A stretch of DNA of 64,000 bases, taken from assembly GCA_964016885.1 (NCBI GenBank), contig OZ024746.1, positions 48,546,001 to 48,610,000 of the forward strand, in the 5' to 3' direction. Source of the stretch: Eledone cirrhosa. Lineage: Eukaryota. Below the pieces are notes generated by a model. That model was given only the letters and a program-made list of their open reading frames with translations. It made no database searches and was not told the DNA's origin. Position numbers and translations under genes: made by a program. Every line of letters starts with the position of its first letter. The stretch's first letter is position 1. Below, in pieces: positions 55,001-64,000 of the stretch.

Positions 55001-55409
55001 CAATTCATCTACCACTAAATTTAGGATGTCAACCGAATCTTGTCCTAGCCCGTCAGCATTCATCTCCTCAGTGGCCGTATCTCTGTTCCAGGTATTATTT
55101 ATCTCAGTATTCAGATCATTGTCTGCTTCGGGTGGTTCCTCCGTTCTCAGGACCTCTTCACCTTCATTTCCCACTGGCTCGCTTGTCTGGCATACTACAC
55201 CCGCCATCTCCAAGCCATTCTCTCTGCCCAGTTCCTCCAGTTCCAGCTCGCTTATCCATCCATTAGTTCTTATTACCCGAGCCTGCCCGGCCAATTTTTG
55301 TTCATCTAATTTAAATAAACCAATCTCGTTCCAGATGTTATGCATCCGTCTCCTGTAGCCCCTCTCCTTGGGGTTACTTTTCAGGTAACATTGCATAACA
55401 GTTCTATTA
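52078..55409 (-). mobile_element. R4/Dong-like family 1 copy C (5'-truncated just inside the ORF)
   Basis: Near-identical to copy A; the 5' junction merges with (TAA)n through TATT microhomology. Confidence 0.93.
52163..55396 (-). CDS. Uninterrupted 1077-aa RT / zinc-knuckle / restriction-like endonuclease ORF
   Basis: All RT and RLE motifs are intact; lacks about 55 N-terminal codons present in copies A and E. Confidence 0.9.
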   Translation of the reverse strand: MQCYLKSNPKERGYRRRMHNIWNEIGLFKLDEQKLAGQARVIRTNGWISELELEELGRENGLEMAGVVCQTSEPVGNEGEEVLRTEEPPEADNDLNTEINNTWNRDTATEEMNADGLGQDSVDILNLVVDELNNDSGRPMNLRFVDRKKLKETTAKVNKVIPYLEARSLHQCNNILKATANTVRKLLGIKARGNNRQERAEPWWKKRLSGQIGEMRNDIGKLESLLNGTLKNIGTKNRLEIKYKTRSKKLNIIIEELKQRIVAKSAKIRRYENRVSQYKQNRMFDNNQKMLFGQLEGKERGNDLIPGAEQTKTFWRGIWEQDVRHNAQAGWIETVQREIGEQAQQQTELSITVETLKGQAKKLTNWKSPGPDGVQGYWIKHLTSLHPKLTSMFNDCLVSGEVPEWLTKGTTVLIMKDRIKGNDVTNYRPITCLSVMWKLLTSIVSEEIYHHLHTNNLLPDEQKGCRKKSRGTKDQLLIDKMVMGNCRRRHTDLAMGWIDYRKAFDMVPHSWITKSLEIFKVADNIRQLLGRSMGSWETELTSTGVSLGSVKIKRGIFQGDSLSPLLFVLALMPLTIMLRKVRAGYKLGRGELTINHLLFMDDLKLFGKSEKELDVLVDTVRIFSSDICMQFGIGKCGVIVMKKGRLSRSNGIQIPTGEMIKEIDSEEGYKYLGVLEADGIKNKKMKELLRTEYIRRVRSVLKSHLNSRNAISAVNSRAVSIIRYSAGILRWNVAEQKEMDRKTRKLLTIYNMFHKRSDVDRFYLRRSEGGRGLISIEDCVQMEKNNLYKHVTYSKEPMLRAVLKEGTVGQGMSKEEITSRRKSSLKGKSLHSTFFEKTEFRDPQTWNWLRRGDLKKATEGMLMAAQEQALKTKWLKHHIYKEEASPLCRICGEREETVAHIVSECKHLAQTHYKGWRHDVMGRVIHWHLCKVNNLPHSVKWYEHRPEAVMENNQVKVLWDFRIQTDKKLEHNRPDLVVVDKETRSCLIVDVACPFDTRVQEKEREKINRYQDLKWEVKRIWNCHEVKVIPIVIGALGTISKSFQGWLKKIGPFTLFGTLQKACFLGTARTLRYVLNI

Positions 55410-55422
55410 TTATTATTATTAT

Positions 55423-58400
55423 TGTTATTGTTATTCCTTGAATCTCAGTCATTGATGTTGGTTAACTGGAAAGTCCGTTGGATTGAATATCAAGCCACTA
55501 CCTGCAGCCTCAGATATTCAGGACGTATCGGAGGGTTCTTGCCGTTCCAAGCAAGCATGCCTTTTGAAGCGTTCCAAAAAGCGTGAAGGGGCCGATTTTC
55601 TTTAACCATCCCTGGAAACCTTTGGAGATAGTCCCCAGTGCGCCTATGACAATCGGGATCACTTTGACTTCATGGCAGTTCCAAATCCTTTTCACCTCCC
55701 ACTTTAGGTCCTGGTATCGGTTAATTTTCTCCCTCTCCTTCTCTTGCACTCTCGTGTCGAACGGGCAGGCCACATCCACAATCAGGCACGATCTTTTTTC
55801 TTTGTCCACAACCACCAGGTCAGGTCTATTGTGTTCCAGTTTTTTGTCCGTCTGTATCCTAAAATCCCACAGCACCTTCACCTGACTGTTCTCCATCACC
55901 GCCTCTGGCCTATGCTCATACCATTTCTCAGAATGTGGTAGATTGTTTACTTTGCACAGGTGCCAGTGGATAACCCTGCCCATCACATCGTGTCTCCAGC
56001 CCTTATAGTGGGTCTGGGCTAGGTGTTTACACTCGGACACAATGTGAGCCACAGTCTCCTCTCTCTCTCCACAGATCCTGCACAGTGGGCTAGCCTCCTC
56101 CTTGTAGATATGGTGCTTCAACCACTTCGTTTTGAGGGCCTGCTCCTGCGCAGCCATTAGCATTCCTTCTGTAGCCTTTTTGAGGTCTCCTCTTCTCAAC
56201 CAGTTCCATGTCTGTGGATCTCTAAATTCAGTTTTCTCAAAGAAGGTACTATGAAGGGATTTTCCCTTAAGGCTGCTCTTCCTCCTTGATGTTATTTCCT
56301 CCTTGGTTATCCCCTGGCCTACTGTCCCCTCCTTCAGTACAGCTCTGAGCATTGGCTCCTTACTATAGGTCGCGTATTTGTATAGGTTGTTTTTCTCCAT
56401 CTGAACACAGTCCTCTATGCTGATAAGACCTCTTCCACCCTCAGATCTCCTTAGGTAGAGTCTATCGACATCACTCCTCTTGTGGAACATGTTGTAGATA
56501 GTCAATAGCTTCCTAGTCTTCCTATCCATTTCTTTTTGTTCAGCAACATTCCATCTCAGAATTCCCGCACTGTACCTAATAATAGACACAGCTCGGGAAT
56601 TTACTGCGCTTATGGCATTTCTGCTGTTCAGATGTGACTTCAATACGCTCCTTACTCTCCGAATGTATTCAGTTCTTAACAATTCCTTCATATTTTTGTT
56701 CTTTATGCCATCAGCCTCCAGAACGCCCAAATACTTGTATCCTTCCTCAGAGTCAATTTCCTTTATCATCTCACCTGTTGGTATCTGGATCCCGTTACTT
56801 CTGCTCAACCTACCCCTCCTCATCACAATGACTCCACATTTACCAATACCAAACTGCATACATATATCACTGCTGAAAATACGGACAGTGTCAACAAGCA
56901 CATCCAACTCCTTCTCACTTTTCCCGAAGAGCTTAAGATCGTCCATGAAGAGGAGGTGATTGATGGTAAGCTCTCCCCTTCCCAACTTGTATCCTGCTCT
57001 CACTTTTCGCAGCATAATGGTCAAGGGCATCAGGGCAAGGACAAACAACAGAGGGGACAGGCTATCTCCCTGGAAGATACCTCTCTTGATCTTCACGCTT
57101 CCCAAGGATACTCCAGTTGATGTCAACTCTGTCTCCCAGGACCCCATACTCCTGCCCAGCAACTGCCACCATATCTGCCACCCTGAAGATCTCCAGGCTT
57201 TTGGTGATCCAGGAATGAGGCACCATGTCAAATGCCTTTCTGTAGTCTATCCATCCCATGGCAAGATCAGTGTGTCTCCTCCTGCAATTCCCCATTACCA
57301 TCTTATCAATAAGCAACTGGTCCTTTGTACCACGTGACTTCTTTCGGCATCCTTTCTGTTCGTCCGGCAACAAGTTGTTTGTGTGGAGGTGATGGTAGAT
57401 TTCCTCAGACACAATGCTCGTCAACAGTTTCCACATTACGGGCAGACATGTGATAGGTCTATAGTTGGTAACATCATTACCCTTGATTCGGTCTTTCATT
57501 ATCAGAACTGTGGTACCTTTTCTCAACCACTCTGGCACCTCACCCGACACCAAGCAGTCATTGAACATGGCCGTCAGCTTCGGGTGGAGGGATGTTAAAT
57601 GTTTAATCCAATACCCCTGCACACCATCTGGGCCTGGTGATTTCCAGTTGGTTAGTTTTTTGGCTTGCCCCTTAAGAGTTTAAACTGTGATACTCAAATC
57701 AGTCTGTTGCTGTGCCTGCTCACCGATCTCCCTCTGTACTGTCTCAATCCACCCTGCCTGGGCATTGTGTCTAACATCCTGCTCCCATATTCCTCTCCAG
57801 AATGTTTTAGCTTGTTCCGCCCCAGGGGTCAAGTCGTTGCCTCTTTCTTTCCCCTCAAGCTGTCCAAACAGCATCTTCTGGTTGTTGTCGAACATGCGGT
57901 TCTGTTTATACTGACTGACTCTGTTCTCGTATCGCCTGATTTTGGCACTCTTTGCTACAATGCGTTGCTTCAATTCCTCTATGATAATATTTAGCTTTTT
58001 ACTCCTAGTTTTGTATTTTATTTCCAGTCTATTTTTAGTGCCTATGTTTTTTAGTGTCCCATTCAGTAGTGACTCAAGCTTTCCTATGTCATTTCTCATT
58101 TCCCCGATTTGCCCACTCAGTCGCTTCTTCCACCACGGCTCTGCTCTTTCTTGTCTGTTGTTTCCTCTCGCTTTTATACCAAGTAGTTTCCTCACCGTAT
58201 TTGCTGTTGCTTTGAGGATATTGTTGCACTGGTGAAGACTCCTCGCCTCAAGGTATGGGATGACTTTGTTTACCTTAGCTGTTGTTTCTTTTAACTTTTT
58301 CCTGTCTACAAATCTTAGGTTCATAGGTCTCCCACTATCATTGTTCAACTCATCTACCACTAAATTTAGGATGTCAACCGAATCTTGTCCTAGCCCGCCA

Positions 58401-60284
58401 GCATTCATCTCCTCAGTGGCCGTATCTCTGTTCCAGGTATTATTTATCTCAGTATTCAGATCATTGTCTGCTTCGGGTGGTTCCTCCGTTCTCAGGACCT
58501 CCTCACCTTCATTTCCCGCCGGCTCGCTTGTCTGGCATACTACACCCGCCATCTCCAAGCCATTCTCTCTGCTCAGTTCCTCCAGTTCCAGCTCGCTTAT
58601 CCACCCATTAGTTCTTATTACCCGAGCCTGCCCAGCCAATTTTTGTTCATCTAATTTAAATAAACCAATCTCGTTCCAGATGTTATGCATCCGTCTCCTG
58701 TAGCCCCTCTCCTTGGGGTTACTTTTCAGGTAGCATTGCATAACAGTTCTATTCAATTCTTTCGTCCAGTTGGTTCTGGCCCCTTTCCTTCTTCTTCTTC
58801 CTCCAACATCAGCAGTATTTGGTTGACAGTCAGGTTCCTGCTGCTGAGCCAGGGGGCACCTGTTGGGTGAGAGTCTGTCACATGACGTTCTAGTCTCCAA
58901 TTCACCGTTATTCGAACTGTTTATGTTCGATATTTAAACACCCTTATCGAGGATTGGCGAATGTATGTTTACATAGCCATCTGTGGATCCGCCATCCCAC
59001 TTGGCCCTTGTGTGGCATTATCACCACGCTGTATACGGACACACATAAACAAACAAACACACGGGCAGAAAGGGCCCCAAAAATGAATAAGCATAAGTTT
59101 CATTGTAATGTAGTATTCGAATGTCTGACTTAGTTTTTGTTTTTTAAGTTTTACTTTTTCCCCCCTCTTCTCTGTCCGTCCGCCTGCTTCTCTCTTCATT
59201 CTTATTTTCTTTACGTTTTTGGGGTTTCTTTTTTTGTTTTTGTTTTTCTCTGTTTTTCTCGTTTTTTACTGTTGTTGCTGTGCTGCTTTTGTTGTTTGTT
59301 TTTTCTTTTTTCTTTTGAGTCTATCTATATATTTTGATGCCTTCCTCTTTGTTAGTAGTAGGAATTCTATAATGTGGAAGTGGTAGCCAGCAGAGACTGG
59401 CGGCGTTGGCGATACTGAGACAGTGGTGGTGGTGATGTCGATACCGAGGCAGTGGTGGCGGTGATGCGACCGTATTACTGTAGTGATGGTGCTGTAGCGG
59501 TGGCAGCAGCAGTGAAGGCGTCAGGGGGTGGTGGCGGCGGTGATGGGATAGTGGTGGTAATGATGGCCGTAGTGAGCGGTGGCGGAGAAGGTGAAAATGC
59601 TGTTGTGTTTAGTGTACACAGATGATGGGGTGGGTGGTGTATCTAGTTTCTGGTGTTGGTGAGTTTCGCTGTCCTATATAGTGTAGCCAGAGGAGAGGAG
59701 GGGGGGGGGGTTCTTCTTCTTCCATTTATAGCCATTTTATTTTTTTGGGGGGATATACAGTGTACAATACAAAGTTGAATATTTGAATATTTGAGCCGTA
59801 TTACTGTAGTGATGGTGCTGTAGCGGTGGCAGCAGCAGTGAAGGAGTCAAGGGGTGGTGGCGGCGGTGATGGGATAGTGGTGGTAATGATGGCCGTAGTG
59901 AGCGGTGGCGGAGAAGGTGAAAATGCTGTTGTGTTTAGTGTACACAGATGATGGGGTGGGTGGTGTATCTAGTTTCTGGTGTTGGTGAGTTTAGCTGTCC
60001 TATATAGTGTAGCCAGAGGAGAGGAGGGGGGGGGGTTCTTCTTCTTCCATTTATAGCCATTTTTTTTTTTGGATATACAGTGTACAATACAAAGTTGAAT
60101 ATTTGAATATTTGAGCCTTATAACAATATATTTTGGGTCCGAATTTTTTTGGGGCTCAAGCCGGGTGCTTTACGTAGCATTTGTACTAAGAGTTGTTATT
60201 TCACAAATGATTTAAATATGTTAAAAATTCAAAACTTACGGGAGCGATTTCATGACCTCCGTCACCTCGTGCGTCTTCTTCCCT

Positions 60285-60286
<2 letters not shown>
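55423..60286 (-). mobile_element. R4/Dong-like family 1 copy E (full length, duplicated 5' leader)
   Basis: ORF 55510-58900 with a stop at 57680 and a frameshift near 57170; same 5' end (GGGAAGAAGACGCACGAGG) as copy A. Confidence 0.92.
59470..60117. repeat. ~325-bp tandem duplication within the copy E leader
   Basis: 59470-59797 is repeated at 59796-60117. Confidence 0.9.
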
Positions 60287-60330
<44 letters not shown>

Positions 60331-60331
<1 letters not shown>

Positions 60332-60898
60332 GTTGTTATTCCTTGAATCTCAGTCATTGATGTTGGTTAACTGGAAAGTCCGTTGGAATGAATATCAAGC
60401 CACTACCTGCAGCCTCAGATATTCAGGACGTATCGGAGGGTTCTTGCTGTTCCAAGCAAGCATGCCTTCACGCTTTTTGGAACGCTTCAAAAAGCGTTCC
60501 AAAAAGCGTGAAGGGGCCGATTTTCTTTAACCATCCCTGGAAACTTTTGGAGATAGTCCCCAGTGCGCCTATGACAATCGGGATCACTTTGACTTCATGG
60601 CAGTTCCAAATCCTTTTCACCTCCCACTTTAGGTTAATTTTCTCCCTCTCCTTCTCTTGCACTCTCGTGTCGAACGGGCAGGCCACATCCACAATCAGAC
60701 ACGATCTTGTTTCTTTGTCCACAACCACCAGGTCAGGTCTATTGTGTTCCAGTTTTTTGTCCGTCTGTATCCTAAAATCCCACAGCACCTTCACCTGATT
60801 GTTCTCCATCACCGCCTCTGGCCTATGCTCATACCATTTCTCAGAATGTGGTAAATTGTTTACTTTGCACAGGTGCCAGTGGATCACCCTGCCCATCA

Positions 60899-60900
<2 letters not shown>
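60331..60900 (-). mobile_element. R4/Dong-like family 1 copy F (short 5'-truncated 3' end)
   Basis: Endonuclease-coding end and 3'UTR only; (TAA)n on both sides. Confidence 0.92.
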
Positions 60901-60967
<67 letters not shown>

Positions 60968-63649
60968 CATTTATCAAACAACAACGCCATTCTCTTTGAG
61001 TTCGATATGTAAGTTGAAACTAACTGAGGGCTTTAATGATTTATTTTGCTCTCCCTTTTTGTCGATATTTTCATTTGTCCAGCATAACAATAAATAACAA
61101 TAACAATTTCAACAACAACGAAATCAACAACAAAAGTAATAAGAACAACATAAGTAGTAAAAATTAAAACAACATGAAAAACAATATTTATAATAATTTA
61201 ACACGTCTGTGCATTCGTGATAAGCATCAATATTACTTATGGAATAATTTAAGGTCAGATTTGATTACTTGTTGGCAGTGGTGCTGAGTTATTGACCGCG
61301 GTTTGTTTTTGTCACGATCTAGGCAAATTAACACTGTGTGCTTTGAAACATTATCAGATATATAGGATTTAGTTTTGTCGGTTTAAAATATTTGATTTTT
61401 GATTTTTATTATCTCTCCTCATATACAAACTTTGTATTTACACGTTTTCCATGTTTCTTTCTTTTTTAAACAGTTTAAAGCCGTTCAATCGTTACCAACA
61501 ATAAATTAAAGTTAATTTAATTATAAAACTTACATCTCGGAAGATAAACTGCAAATAGGTTTGCATTAAATAATTTAAGTAAATTGGCTTGCAAGAACTT
61601 TCAAAACTTTAACTCTAGAGCTGTCGCTCAGCAGGTTAGAAATACCAACCAAATCTCCCTGAAATCACACTCTACTGAGTTAAAAAAGCACTACGCATTA
61701 GATAATATTTTCATAGAGACACACAAAAAAAAACTCCTAACAACTGTATATTTATACAGGGATGGCTTTCATCTCGATCTGATCTGACCGAAAGATAAAA
61801 AACAATTCCATCAGCAAATCATATTGAAGTCAAATCAGAAGTCCCCAAGAGAAATATCAACTGATTGGAAGATTCAAAGAGAGGATTTCAACACGGTCGT
61901 TATACCTGGTAAAAATAACAACCAAATCACCCTCAAACAATATCCTATCATCTTAAAGGAAAAGAAAGGATTCATTGAATTTTGTGTTCCTGTATATAGT
62001 AATTTCTTATAAAAGCAAAACAAAACAATATCTATGGGATGATCACAAATGGGTCAGCTGTGATTATGTACTCCTTAAATATGGGTGGATCTGGCCAAAC
62101 GAATAACAATTTCAGTAATATAAACTAAAGGGCCGTAACGCTATGCCCAAAAAGCATGCTGTCCTAGGCTCTACCGATACTACCCCTCACAAAAAAAATT
62201 AAAAAATACGTAATATTAACACGTTAATTAGATAAAGGTATATGAATTGAACAGATTGCTAGGTAGGATGTTTCTTTTTAATTTTCGTTGACTGCAAATG
62301 ATACTTTAATGTGAATGGTATCATACAAATATCGACTCTTGCATGAATTGACTCTAGCTAAAACCCATTTCTCGTTATGTATGGTCTCTTAAGCCATTAT
62401 TTGTAGGTGAAGATCAATTCCTAAGTGTATCAGTTGGCTAGAGGTAAGAGTAAAACATATTAAGCTACGTCAAATACAACAATGAGAAATCCATCCACTC
62501 GACCAAAGACTTGACTTGCTAAGCTAATGTACTAGCGGCTGAGTACTCCACATACGCAACTCTCAGGAAGTTTCAACACGAAGCATTTTATGACAAACGT
62601 AGCTGTTTGGCTTCTCAACAGCCTCCATGTACCCAATCTCACTCATAAGGCACGAATTCATTCAAAGCGATAGAAAATTACACCTACTCATTCTATTTTT
62701 TTTTTCAGTCCCATTGTGTGATTGAAACAGGCAGCTATGGTCAAACGTGGAAAGGGTTGGGCTCAAGAAACGCCGTATGTCCTAATGGTGCCTTTACAAA
62801 ATATGAATATGTATTTTCATGGATTTTTCGGTCTACCTGAAATCGTTTCAATAAACATGGCGAACAAAGATGATAGAACAAGCAATAGTCATTTGCTAGT
62901 AATGCGTTGACTGTCTATTGTTACAGTCATTTTGTACTTAGGATGAATGTAAAACAGTTTAGAAAGTGACAAAGCACTGATTAAGATGGCGTGTTGTTAT
63001 TACATTTCAATACCAGTTTACAGCTATATAGGCTCTCTCTCAGCAGAGAGTTAGTTATCTCAGTCACGCACATAAATCATTCCCGCTGATATGAGGCTTG
63101 TGCTAAATTGAATCAGCTATCATCATTATCATCATTATCTCTCTCACCTCCGTTTCGTTCTCTTTCTCACCATCCACATACAGTCACACGCATACACACA
63201 AACATATACACACATACATACGTATACCTACCTACCTACCTACCTACCTACCTACCTACCTACATATATACATACATATACATACATGCACACATATGTA
63301 TAAATACGTATGTATGTATTTGTATTCATATATTCAGAAGCATAAATATATAAATGTATGCAATTAAAAAACGCTGAATGATTTTTTAAGTTAGGCGTTC
63401 ATGATCTTTTGTAACCTCTACGAAAATCCTGAGTGATAGGCCACTAATTTTGCCATTCTTATTCTGAAAAATAAGGCTATGAAGATATGGAAAAGTTAAC
63501 AGACTTATGAATCTAGGGATGCTATTGTTCTATACCAAACAAAGACTGAAGGAGTGAATATGAAAAGTCCACAACAAACAAAGGCCAAATTTGACCATAG
63601 TCATATTTTCAATATATCATGTTTCAAAGAAAAGGTGTTCCCTACTTAA

Positions 63650-63904
<255 letters not shown>

Positions 63905-64000
63905 CGCACGCACGAAAGCGCGTATGCACAGTAAATATTAAACGAAGATGTAGTAATTAGAGGAAAATAAATTGACATATCATACACACACATACGCACA

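Noticed and set aside
33000-60970. CRISPR-like, retron or other prokaryotic RT system
   Set aside because: The RTs are eukaryotic non-LTR/PLE types; there is no repeat-spacer array or operon structure.

Overview
Repeat-dense, AT-rich eukaryotic (metazoan) DNA with no host exon I can support. The tRNA-derived SINEs and microsatellite load resemble a cephalopod (Octopus-like) genome; that assignment is an inference. The left half (1-33 kb) holds (TA)n/(CA)n/(GA)n microsatellites, tRNA-SINEs, two near-identical Penelope-like elements (RT + GIY-YIG) and a third GIY-YIG fragment. It also contains small Penelope pLTR remnants carrying minimal type I hammerhead ribozymes, plus RTE, CRE-like, R4-like and Merlin remnants. 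The right half (33-61 kb) is a ~28 kb array of seven non-LTR retrotransposons, each separated by (TAA/TTA)n: five copies of one R4/Dong-like RLE family (one with an uninterrupted 1077-aa ORF), one copy of a second R4/Dong family and one Tx1/L1-type element in the opposite orientation. Two observations stand out. First, the ~1 kb 5' leader of the Dong-like family appears homologous to the 5'UTR and degenerate ORF1 of the Tx1-type element, which suggests a cross-clade chimera. Second, there is a diverse set of hammerheads, including a CAGAAGA-core variant conserved in four copies and a 120-bp palindrome encoding a hammerhead on each strand. All structures were folded and aligned by eye.
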